From Lama guanicoe (taxonomy: Eukaryota), in contig MU053379.1 in NCBI GenBank assembly GCA_013239625.1, forward strand, positions 1,358,974-1,422,973: a DNA stretch of 64,000 bases, read 5' to 3'. The notes beneath the pieces were generated by a model. That model had not been told where the DNA came from, ran no database searches, and was given only the letters and a program-made list of their open reading frames with translations. Position 1 is the stretch's first letter; the number at the start of each line of letters is the position of its first letter. Of this stretch, positions 1 to 11,520 are shown one piece after another. The position numbers were made by a program, and so were the translations under genes.

Positions 1-85
1 GTACATCGGGGTCTGCACCATCCATGGTTTCAGGCATCCCCTGGGGTCTTAGCGCCTGTCCCCTGTGGATAAGGGGGGATTACTG
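1..85. mobile_element. MER2-like (Tigger-derived) DNA transposon end
   Basis: Ends GGTTTCAGGCATCCCCTGGGGTCTT...GGATAAGGGGGGATTACTG, resembling the recalled MER2 terminus. Confidence 0.7.
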
Positions 86-364
86 CATAGGCTGCATGCT
101 CTGCCTGGGTTCCCTTCCATGACATAGCATCACATGACAGGTTCAGGCCAGGGGACAGCACACTGTTTGGCTCTCCTCGTGGACAGCAGCATCGCCTCAA
201 GTCCCCTCCTGCTTTCTCTCTCCCAGGATCCAGGCTCAGATGCCTACCCCTGCTCTCCACTGGCTCTGCCTCCTCTTCGCCCTTCTGCTCCTGCTTCCTT
301 CCTTACCTAATTATCCCCAGCATCTGTGTCTCCCTCTGATGGGTCTTTTCTTTCATCTTTTCTT

Positions 365-1601
365 GTAACATTTTTTGGAGGTAACTGTACATTGATATGC
401 AGTTGTTAGAAGTAATACAGAGAGAGTCCCCTATACCCTTTACCCAGTTTCCCCCAGTGGTAACGTCTTGTAGAACTGTGATGGTAACACATGATCATAA
501 CCAGGATGCTGGTGTTGATAAGGTCGAGACAGGAATTTCCATCACCACAGGGATCTCTCATGTTGCCCTTTTATAGTCACACTCTCTTCCCTCCCGCCTC
601 CACCCCTTCCTTAACACCTGGCAACTCCTCTCCTGTCTTCCATAGTTTTGTCATTTAAAAGGTTACATACATGAAAGCACATGGTGCGTAACCTGTTGGG
701 ATTGGCTCTTTCCCTCAGCATACTTACCTAGAGATTCAGCCAGGGTGTTGGATGTGTAAGTGATTAGTTCCTTTTTGTTTGCCGAGTAGTATTCCATGTT
801 ATCGCTGGACTGCTGTTTATTTAATCATTCACCCGTCAGAGAACATTCGGATTGTCAACAGTTTCTGGCCATTAGGAATAATGCTGCTGTAAACATTCTT
901 GTACAGGTTTCCTGTGGCCATAAGTCTTCATTTCTCTGAGATAAATGCCTGGGAATTCATTCGTTCCGTTGTGTGATAGTTGCGTAGTTAGTTTTTAAGA
1001 AACTGCTACACTGGTTTCCAGAGTGACTGTACCCTTTTGTATCTCCACTAGCAGTGTGATCCATCCAGTCTCTCTGCACCCTTGCCCGTATAAAGTCCCC
1101 GTGAGAGTTGTTCTTTGACTCTTGGATTGTTCAGAGTGTCACTTAGTATCTGGAGATTTTCTTGCTTAATGATTTCTATTTTGAGTCCATTGAGGTTGGA
1201 GAATACACTTGTGTGATTTCAATTTTTAAAAATTTGTTGAAGTTTGTTTTGTGGCCCAGGGTAAGTTCTGTCTTGGCATGTGTTCCATGGTTACTTAATG
1301 GGTGTTCTGCCGTTTCTGGATAGAGTGTTGTACACGTGTCGGTAAGGGTCTGTCAGTTGATGATGATGTTGAGTTCTTACACATCCCTGCTGATTATCTG
1401 TGTCCTTCTGTCAGTTTTTGAGAGAGGATCTTGAGGTTTCTGCCTCTTGATGGTAAGTTTCTCTTTTGAGTTCTATCACTTTTTGTTCACATATTTTTCA
1501 GCTCTGTTGTTTGTTGCACACACACTTAAGATTGCTGTGTCTTCTTGGTAAACTGACTCTTTTATCATTATATAATGTCTCCTTCTGTCTCTGGTAATTT
1601 T
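365..1601 (-). mobile_element. Old L1 (L1MC/MD-like) remnant, antisense; left part of an element split by an insertion
   Basis: T-rich antisense L1 3'UTR/ORF2-like motifs (TTTACCCAGTTTCCCCCAGTGGTAAC, GAGTAGTATTCCATG, AATGCTGCTGTAAACATTCTTGTACAGG). Confidence 0.75.
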
Positions 1602-2687
1602 TAAAAAATATTAAATAGCCTATATTTATCTGTGGGTGTTTCATATGTATATTTCTTAATGCTGAGAATCACAAATACCTGTGTGGAAAGCTTCACCAGC
1701 CTGATTACAGTGGATGTGCAATTAGATTGAGGAATGTGCACTCAGAGCTTGTGAGCACTAGCCCGGTTGAGTCTGGGTGATGCATGTGCTTTCCAGGGAT
1801 GCTGCTATTTACATCTGTTAATGGCCCTTCTTGATGGCCAGCTCCCCAGTGAGGTGGCATGCAGCAGCCTGGGATGAGGGACCAAGGCTGCAGATGTGGT
1901 GGGCTCCACTAGGCAGGGCCAGGAATGCTTAGCCAGTAGGCTTATGTGTTTGGGCAGTGAACGGTGGGGGAGGGAAGTGGGGGAGACCGAACGGAACGGG
2001 GAATAAAAGAATGGAAAACATTACTTATCCGGGTATGGGAAAAGAGACAGGCAGACGTGAAGAACTGCAGCTGTAACTGGGGCACGAGTGAACAGAAAAG
2101 AAATGGAACCAGTGAATGAGCAAGTAGGATTGAGTAGTTCTCATGTAGAGAGGGATTAAAAGTGGAGTGGGCAGTGAGGGCTTAGAAAGAGACATGTCTC
2201 CCCTGCCTTTTAAGTCAGTATCGTCTAGTTGTGTGGTTGGCCAGATGCGGCCAGACAGTGGGCAGAGATTTACATGTATCATAGTACAGCAAGAGGTTAG
2301 TTACTTGCATCCTTTGGTTTTCTGGTGTTGGGAGAGAGCAGCAAAAGATGCCCTCAAGGAGGCAGTGTTGAGCTACAGTAAATTCTTGCAGAAATGAAAG
2401 ATACTTGAAGCAAGCCAGTGAAGAATGTGGCTACTATTCCTATCAAATGCTAGAGGTCAATAAAAGGACCCAGGATTACAAAAGTTGTGTCCGTGAGAGG
2501 TGGTCCTCTTTCTTCCCTCTTATGTGCTAAAGGCTTCTTGGAAAGAGTCTCACAAAAGATGGCACTAGTGTCTTAGTAGACAGGGTAGTAAGCTAGGAAA
2601 TCCTGGAGTTAGTTCCCAGTGCCGTCGTGTTCTTCCACAGGCATCCTGAGTGCATTTAGACTTTTGATTTTTCCATCTTTGAACTGA
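1602..2687 (-). other. ~1.09 kb TSD-flanked insertion of unrecognised sequence (probable retro-insertion)
   Basis: Exact direct repeat TGTCTCTGGTAATTTT at 1586-1601 and 2688-2703; L1-like text resumes on both sides. Confidence 0.7.
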
Positions 2688-4930
2688 TGTCTCTGGTAAT
2701 TTTGATTGCACTCGTATCTACTTTATCTGGCATTTATAAAGCCCACACTTCCCTTTATTCTTCTTACTTATTAGCAAAAACATTAATGTTTGGGTGATAT
2801 ATCTTCCATCCTTTAACTTTCAGCCTGCTCTGTCTCTATGTTTGCGGTCACAGTTCTTAACCTGCTCTGCTAAACTCATGATAAATTTGTGTGTTTGGAC
2901 CATTTGCATTTGATGTAATTATTGATATGTCGGGGCTTAAGTCTACTATTTTCTTTTTCGTTTTCTCTGCTTTTCAGTTCTTTCTTTCCTTTTCCTTTCC
3001 TTCCTGTGGCTCACTTGAACATTTCTTACAGTTCCGCTGTAGCTTATTCATAGTGTTGTTTGAGTAGATCTCTTTGGGTGGCATTTTTTGTCAGTTACTC
3101 GTGGTTGCTCTGGATGCTAGAGCATTACATTGCATTATGTGTGCATAGCTTATCAAACTTACCCCAGCCTTGTGTCCCTTACTCTCTCCCATTTATAATG
3201 TAATAAAATATTTCCTGTACCTGCATCAGACATTGTTAGTTTTTCTTCAACCACCAAGCATGATTTATAAATCTAAGAGGAGCTGGAAAACCTATTATAT
3301 TTGTCCATAGTTTTGCTTACTATGTTCTTTATTCCTCAATATTCCAAGATTCCTTCTTTTATCATTGCCTGTCTGTTTAGAGATTGTTCTTTAGCAATTC
3401 TTTTAGGGGTAGGTCTGCTGGTGATAGACTCTGGTGACGGTCCTTTCTCTCAGGTAGCTGAAAAATAACGATGTAAGTTTCCTCTGGCTGCTTTCAAGAT
3501 CCTTTTCTTTGTTGTTAGTTTTCAGTAGTTTAAATGCCATGCATTTCTGTGTGTATCTCTCTGGATTTTTCCTCTTTAGAACTTGTCCAGCTTACTGATT
3601 CTATATATGTATGTATGTCTCTTGCCAAAGGTGGATGGTCTTCTGTCATTATTTCCTAGAATATATTTTCAGCCTGCCTGGATTTTTCTTTCTTTTTGGG
3701 ACGCCAGTGACGCAGATGTTAGGTCCTTTATGGTTCCGCACCCTGTGGCCCTAACATTGTTTGCCATCGATTTTCTTTCTGTTCCTCAGTTGGATAATTT
3801 CTGTTATTTTATCTTCCAGTTCCCTGATTCTTTTCTCTGTTCCCCTTCTGCTGTTGAGTTCATACACTGAGCTTTCTGTATGTTACTGTGTTTTTTAGGT
3901 ATAAAATGTTCATTTGGTTTTATGTCTTTCATGTCTTTGCTATGGCTTTGTATTTTCGTTTGTTTCATGTCTGTCCCTAATAGCTCACTGAAGCATGGCT
4001 GCTTAAAGTCCTTGTCAAATAATCTGACACTTGTCAACTTGATGTTAGCACCTGTTGACTGTCCTTTTTTTTTTTTCATTCATGTTGAGATTTTGGCTCT
4101 TGATACAACAAGTGATTTTTTTAAATTGAAACATGGACATTTTCCTATTTATTATGAGACCCTGAATCCATTTAAACCTGCTGTTGTAGCTGGCTTTTGT
4201 CACGCTGCTCTGGCAGGGAAGTTACATTGTTTCATTACTGCCAAGCGAAGGCAGGGGTTCAGGTTGTCCACTAGCCTCCACTGACACCTGATGTGGAGGG
4301 CAGTTTCTTGTTACCTCTGGGTAGGGATGGGAGTCCCAGCCCCCCCGCAGGGTCTCTGACTGCGGTGGAGACGGCGGCTGGGTGATGGTGAAAGTGCGCT
4401 CTCCCCGCTGGGCCTCCTCTGACGCCGCCCCAGTGGGCTGGCGAGGGACATCTTATTACTGCCAGGTCGGGGTGGAAGTCCAGGCTCTGGTCTCTACTGA
4501 CCACATGGGGGTAGGGAGACTTCGCACTGGCCACTGGGGATGAAACTCCTGGTTCCATACTGGCCTTTTCCAGCACCACCCTGCTGGGATTGCCGGGTCC
4601 CTCAGTACTGCCGTGTGAGAGTGTAAGTCTAAGCTGCCCACTCAGCCTTTGCCGGCGTTGTTTGGGACCACAGTTTTTCCCGTCGTCTTTGACTGTAGTG
4701 CGTGGTTATTATCTAATATTTTTCTGTCTCGCTAGGCTGCCCTGGTCTTTTGGCTAGAGAGACTAGGCTCTTTTTGTTGTAGTTTTTGTCTTTGCTCAAT
4801 GACTGTTGTCAGCTTTTTCAGCTCCAGGTCTGGCAAGCATGAGGCAAAAAGGAACCCCAAGGAACCCACCATTGTGTTGTTTCTTTCATCCCAGGGTCCC
4901 TAGTTAGTCTGTTCTCTTTTCTCCACCTTA
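2688..4930 (-). mobile_element. Old L1 remnant, antisense; continuation towards its 5' region
   Basis: T-rich decayed L1 sequence (TTTAGGGGTAGGTCTGCTGGTGATAGACTCT, CCTCTGGCTGCTTTCAAGAT); no intact ORF. Confidence 0.65.
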
Positions 4931-4945
4931 CAGAGTTTCCTTATG

Positions 4946-5150
4946 ACAGATAAACAACAAAGTCCTACTGTAGAGCACAGGGAACTATATTCAAGGTCTT
5001 GTAGTAACCTATCATGAAAAAGAATATATGTATGTTCATGTATGGCTGAAACATGATGCTGTACACCAGGAATTGACACAGTATTATAAACTGACTGTAC
5101 TTCAATTTAAAAAAAAAAAGAAAAAGTTAACCCCTCTAAAAAGAAAAAAA
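4946..5150 (+). mobile_element. Short 5'-truncated L1 3' end with A-rich tail
   Basis: GATAAACAACAAAGTCCTACTGTAGAGCACAGGGAACTATATTCAA...CTGACTGTACTTCAATTTAAAAAAAAAAA. Confidence 0.8.
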
Positions 5151-5917
5151 AGTCTCTTTACGTTTTTTATATAAATTGGGTTTTTAGTTGTAATTAGTTG
5201 AAGGAAAAAGGAAAAATACACTTACTCCTTCTTCCCAGAGAAGTCCTCTTATAAAATTTTAATCAAGCTTATATTTGTCTAATTATAACAGTAGTACAGT
5301 TTCTTTTTTAGAAGAGTTGTGTATGTAAAAAAATACTAAGAAAATTTAAATCACCTAGAATGCCACTATTTAGAGTTAAGTACTTCTGGCTTCTTTCTAA
5401 TTAATATAAAAGGTATACATCATGAATATCTGTGTGTGTATTTTTTTTTAACAAATTGGAATCTTACTAGAAATCGAGGTTTCTATTAAAAATTTTTTCC
5501 TTTGGCATTAATTTAAAACATAAGCATTTCCTGATAGTGCAGATATCCACCTGCTTAGTGGAGATGCTGATTCACTCACTGGGAATACACTGTTATCAAA
5601 CATCTCTTGCAAGCAGAACGTTTAAGAGCATCAGGCTAGGTGCCGGCAGAGCTGTGGGGAACACGAGACACACGTGTGGGCCTCCAGCAGCTTGTGCCTG
5701 GTGGGGAGCCAGACTCGGTGAGCCACGAGAACTGCACAGCGGGTAAAGCAGGCAGGCGGATGCTCAAAGCCATCTGCAGTGGCAGGGATGGGCTGCTCTG
5801 AGCCGATCAGGGAGGGTTTTGTGAGGAAACTGCTTGATTTGAAAGGATTAGCTAGCCAGAGGGTGGGGGTGGCAGGAGTATTCCTGACGAAGGGGACGGC
5901 ACTTGCTAATTTTCTAA

Positions 5918-6013
<96 letters not shown>

Positions 6014-6111
6014 GGGCGGATGTGAGCAGCAGGCGGAAGAAAGCCCTGTCGTCTTGTGTTCGCGGTGGTCTCTACAGGCTTAGCATTCCTTTTAATCTTC
6101 TCATGGATTTT

Positions 6112-6117
6112 AATAAA
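6112..6117 (+). terminator. Candidate SEC23B polyadenylation signal AATAAA
   Basis: AATAAA ~100 nt after the stop, followed by GT/T-rich sequence; a more distal site may be the main one. Confidence 0.45.
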
Positions 6118-7304
6118 TAATCAAAGGAAGTGTTGTGTAACTCTTCAGATTATAATTTATTTGTTTTCCTTGTGTCCTTTACACCATAAAATCCGTATAA
6201 GGTCACAAACCTTTTGGTGCTTGTAGATGTTTGTATCTTTTTGTACCCTAACTTTCAGAGTCTATATAAAATCAGAGCTAATGTATTTTGGCAGCTTGCT
6301 TACATGAAAATCGTAATGATCAGAAAGAAAATAAATCTGGATGAAGAAAGCACTGTTTAAATTAACATTAATACAGATTTGATCTCTGAGGCCTCTAAGT
6401 CTGTGTGTGTTCTGAGTAAATTCTCCAAGAGGTAATTCCTGAACTTAATCCTCATTTACTGTCTAGATATTAACAGACAAGGAAAAGTAAGAAATACGTG
6501 AAACTTTATTGAGGTAGAGTGGTCTGGGGTGGCACCATCCCCAACTCACGTGTGATATTCCACGTAAACAGTCCGACCCCAGTAGATGTAGAGAATGGTT
6601 GATGGGCATATAAGTGGCTCTAACAGTGACAACTCTTTTTTTGACAACACATTTATCTTGTGCATCAATTAAAGTAACTTTGAGTATTTTTTTAATGAAA
6701 GTAATATATGTACAGTAGTTTTTAAAAAGTTATCCTAAAGATCTTATAAGAAACAATGACAGTTCCCTGCACCCCCCAAGTCTAGACCTGCTTGTCCCCG
6801 GGAACTGCTTTCAGCCTCCTTACTAGCTTTTTGTTGCTGTGTCAGTTTTAGCCAGTATTGCTCAGTTCCTGCTTTAAAAAATGAAGATACTAAGAGCTTT
6901 CTCTCTACCATCCAGTTTTGCAAATATACCTTTATTTTTATATTTTCAAGGTTGGTTAAATTTACATTCTGACCTATAACCATAGTTAACGTCTTTCATC
7001 TCCAAATTGATTCTGAAAGTTGGAGGCTGACAAAGAGCATTTACACAGTCGTGATAATGTAAATACTGTTTATATGAGTCAGGGAGTGGCTGATCTTCCT
7101 CCAGGGTTTCCTGTCCCAGGCCCATCATTTGAAGGAAAACATTGCAAATGACAAGATCAGTCGCTTTTCTTACATTCCGGCTTCCCGCAGGTAAGTTTGA
7201 TTCTGTTTCGGATTCTGGCCTCTTAAATTTGCTGTTGTTTTCCTGATAGTGTCTAATTTTTTTGTTGAGAGAAGATTTCTGTTCTCTATTAAGAAATTCC
7301 AGCC

Positions 7305-7599
7305 TTCTGGAAAAATCACAAATATGTGAAAACTAAACAACATGCTACTAAACTGTTGAGTGAATGAAGAAATCAAAGGAGAAATAAAATACCTGAAGAC
7401 AAATGAACATGAAAGCACGACGTGACAAAACCTGTGGGTGCAGCAAAAGCTCAGCTACGGGACGGTTACAGCAAACAGGCCTACCTCGAGGAAGAGGAAA
7501 GATCTCTTACCTAGCCTGACACCTGAGGGAACTAGAAGAAAAACAAGTGAAGCTCAAAATCAGTAGAAGGAAGGAAATAATAAAAATCAGTGGAAATAG
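7305..7599 (+). mobile_element. L1 ORF2 fragment (end of endonuclease region), left part of the L1 hosting the ATG13 retrocopy
   Basis: AAACAACATGCTACTAAAC...GAAGAAATCAAAGGAGAAATAAAATACCTGAAGACAAATGAA...AGTAGAAGGAAGGAAATAATAAAAATCAG. Confidence 0.85.
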
Positions 7600-10500
7600 G
7601 AAAACAAACGCTCACGATGGTGGCACCGGGAAACGACCGGCCGCTGGGCTTAAAGCAGGAGTGATGGCCTGAGTGGTGGGGAAGCCTTGACCAGCGCCTG
7701 TAGACGTGAGTGCGACAGCTCGCGCGGTCTTGGGAGCGAACCGCTCGGGGCCTGCGAGCCACGAGGCTCCTGAGGTGTAGGGTGTTATCTGCGACCTGTG
7801 CTGGCCCCGCGGCCCCGGAGCGCCGAGCCCTCCGCCCGGAGGCGCAGCTGGCCGGCCCCAGGCCCCGGCCTCTGTAATGACAGCCACGAGCCACTCTCTT
7901 GTCGCAACTTCACAGACTCCTAGAGGCAATTCCCAAGACAGAAAGGACCTGGACAAATTCATTAAGTTTATTGCCCTTGAGACTGTCCAAGTGGTTGTCC
8001 AGGCTCGAGTGGGCAAGATTTGTACTCATTCATCTTCATCACCAGCGGGCTCAGATTGGTTCAATCTAGCAATCAGAGAAATCCCAGAGGTTATACATGA
8101 AGCGAAGAAGGCGCTGGCAGGGCAGCTACTGCCATCGGGAGATCTGTGTGTGTGGAGATCTCGCTCAAGACTTCCGAGGGAGATTCTGTGGAGCTAGAAA
8201 TTTGGTGTCTGGAAATGAATGAAAAGTGTGATAAAGAAATCAGAGGTTCCCATGCAGTGTCCAGCAGACTGTCATTGCTGCTGAAGTGTCTCCTTGCTGT
8301 AACCAGGGTGGCATCAGTTTACAGACTCTCCAGAAAGCAAGGGCACGAATGTGTCATGCTGTGCAGGATATATTCTGGGGAAGTTCAGCTGAATGGCTTA
8401 GGAGAATGTTTCCAGACTGTTCGCGTTGGGACTGTGGGCACCATAACTCTTTCTTGTGCTTACAGAATTAACTTGGCATTCAAGTCCACCAGGCACTTTG
8501 AGAGGCCCCCACCCATCATGGGGACTATCACTGGTCACTCTGTGGCCGTCCCTATCCCGGCCCCTCGCCCACACACTCCTGCAGTTACAGAGCCACCAGT
8601 GAGGACCCTGCAGTAACACATCCTTCTGCGGAAGGTTCTCAAGAAGTGTGTACCACCTCTTTTTCCACCTCCCCTCCATCCCAGCTAATGGTTCCCAGGA
8701 AGGAAGATGAAGTATCCCTTGCTCCCAACCAGCCTGCCCATGGTACCCAAGCTGACCAGGAGAAGTTGGCAACCTGCACTCCTTTAGATGGGGCCCACTG
8801 TGCTGCCACGCCTTCCAGCGGCAAGGATACTGAAACTATCAAACAGCAGTGAGGGATGGGCCTCCCCCCGACATCTTGGAAACAATCTTAGTCCGGAAAG
8901 TGGGGGCTTTTGTCAACAAACCCATCAACCAGGTGACCTTGACCAGTTTGGACATACCCTTTGCCATGTTTGCTCCTAAGAATTTGGAGCTGGAGGATGC
9001 CGATTGCATGGTGAATCCTCCAGACTCCCCAGGGACTGCATCTCCTCTCCAGGGCAGCCTACTCTGATGGCTCTGGGCGGGGCAGCAGTGGCAACACCAG
9101 GACGACTTTGTTACGATCAACTTCAAACCGGGTTCTTCTAAAGACGACATTCTTCCAATGGACTTGGGGATCTTCTATCATGAATGTCAGGACCCCTCTC
9201 AGCTGAGCAGCCTCTCCGTAGATATCGGGACACAGTCCATGGCTAAGGGCTTGGACTCACTCCCAGAGAAGCTGGCTGTGCACGAGAAGAAGGTCTGGGA
9301 ATTTGGTGCCTTTGTAGAAACCCTGCAGTAAAAGTTGGTGTCCTCGGGTACCAGCAGCATCCCCTTTTTGTGGTCCCAGGAGACAGAGCCTCCCACTCAT
9401 CAGCTGCTCCCATCCCTCCTCCTGCTCCAAGCCAGATGGAAAGGAGGCTGGTTTCCCCCACAGTGACCCCGAAGTCCTTGCTCGTGCACCTCCTGGAGAC
9501 TCATAGCAGCAGTGAAGGCCAGTGATACTATTTAAGAGGACTCACCCTTTGGCCTCCTTCAACAGGGTGGGCCCTCTGCTTACACCGCCCTGGGCAACTG
9601 CTTCACAAAGGCTGTCAATCTGCTCCTCCTGCCGGCCCCCTGCTCTGGGTTTGCCCTGCAGCCGGCCCCTCGCCGTAGGCCATCTGACATTCCAGCTGGT
9701 GGCCCAGGGGCTCGTGTGTACGCAGAAGAGGAAGGAGACAGTGCTGGGGGAGGGAGGAAGGGCCCCTTTAGGTCTTTCTTTTCTCCTTTGGTTCTGGTAT
9801 CTTCTTCCCCTCTCTCTCTTTCTCCCTCTGCCCCGTGCCTGTGTTTTGGCAATATGGCAGGCCTCCTGCCCAAGGTGATGGGAACTCTAAAGCCAGCCAC
9901 TCCCACCCTGAAGGCTGTGCCAGCCTGTCCCGAGCAGCCCTGGCGGCTGCCTGTGCTCGGCTACATAGAAACAGAATCCTGAGTCTCTAGGATTCTGTTA
10001 CTGGAGGCTCAGCAAGGTTCTCTCTCTTCTCCCTCCCCCTGATGCTGCTCCTTGGTTACAGAACATGGTAAATATTTATTACTTTCAGAGAAATCAGATA
10101 TTTTACAGAGAAAATAGGTTTGAGGTTAGATGCTTTCACCTGGGTAAAGTGGGGGGCCTCTTCCTGGGGCAGCCCCTCCTCCCGTGGAGGTTCCTCAGAT
10201 TCGGGGACCTTGCTTCCCATATATATATACATAAGGTGGGATCCAAGAACGGGGCTGGCTCAGGGAGCAGAACCTCCCAGAATCGCTGCACCTGAGCTGA
10301 GAGCGGGCTCTGCCCTGGACGCGTCCGTGTTCCCGGTGAGAGCCTGGAATCCCTCCCAGCTTCGCCGTGTGACTGACGCCTCTCTGGCCGCCCAGGAAGC
10401 CTTGGGTGTGACATGTGATGGCCCCTCAGAGGTGTGCCACGTGTAGTGCTAAAGGGGCATTGTGTGTGTCCCGCTGTGGCCCCGGGGAAAGCCAGACAGG

Positions 10501-11520
10501 CCCCTCCTCTTGGGCCACTTGTTCCTGTTTCTTGGGTTACGGGCCTTTTCCTCCCCCCGCCTGGGCCTGGCCACCACCTTTAACCCCAGGGTCTGTACGC
10601 TGCCCTGAGGTTTAGTGGTTGGGTTGGTTTCTTGTTGAGAAACCAGAGCTGGGTGTACATTTGATTTAACCCATCAGGTATTGTTACTTGCAAGTCAAGG
10701 GCCTAACCTCACGCACTGACCATCTGCTCCTCGCAGCCTAACTGGTGGTCGCAGCCAAGGAAAACCAGGCCCCCCACCTCCTCCCGGCCCACCTGGGGTC
10801 TTCACCGGCAGCAGCTGCTCTGTAGTACAGCAGGTGGCCCCCAGCTGCTTGTTAGGAAATGCTTGTGACGTTGTTCCCACCTACGAGGCTGATCTCTGCG
10901 GGCGGGGGTCCGCTCTGATGCTGTCTCGGTTGGGCTGAGCCCTACCTCTGCACATTTTGCTGCCGCGAAGAAGTGTTCCCAGGAGTGGTGTCCAACTGAC
11001 CCTCCTGTCTTTGGGCCACAGCACACCATGGCCTGCTAATCCAATCCAGGTTTACACTCAAGGCCTCAGCACTAGAAGGGTGAAGGTCCTGGTAAGTTAC
11101 TGATTACCCCCCACCCCTATCTCACCCCAATATCTCAGCCACTGCCCTCCTTCCAAGGCCAAGTGTGAAAAGGCCTGTTAGCCCTTTTCCTCTTTGACTC
11201 CCACTTGTTGGCCTCTGCAGGCAGCAGCCTTTCTTCAGGACCCCATCAGTGAGAGGCCAGGGAGGCTGAGCCCTGACTTCTGTGCTGAGCCTGGGAGGAG
11301 CAGAGCAACTGTCAAGGCTGGCCCTTGCCCCTCAGCCCTGTACAATGAAAGATATGAGCCCTAGACTGACTCCCGCAGCGCCCCCAGAACAGGGCTGGGA
11401 CCACCATCTGTGTCCAGGTGGGGAGCCCCTCCCCCTCCTCCAGCCTACTTTATTTGGAAATATGGAGCTATACTTTACAATGTATTCAAGAGATTTCCAA
11501 TAAATTTTTTTCTGTAAGAA
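7600..11520 (+). pseudogene. ATG13: ATG13 processed pseudogene (GC-rich 5'UTR, disabled CDS ~7928-9331, ~2.2 kb 3'UTR)
   Basis: Intronless fragments [14 protein letters not shown]..., [65 protein letters not shown] and AFVETLQ* (TAA 9329-9331) in shifting frames; AATAAA 11499-11504; short A tail; 18-bp TSD AAAAATCA(G/A)TGGAAATAG at 7582-7599 and 11521-11538. Confidence 0.96.

Noticed and set aside
7877..9331. Functional ATG13 gene
   Set aside because: Intronless, native start missing, several frameshifts and internal stops, TSD-flanked.
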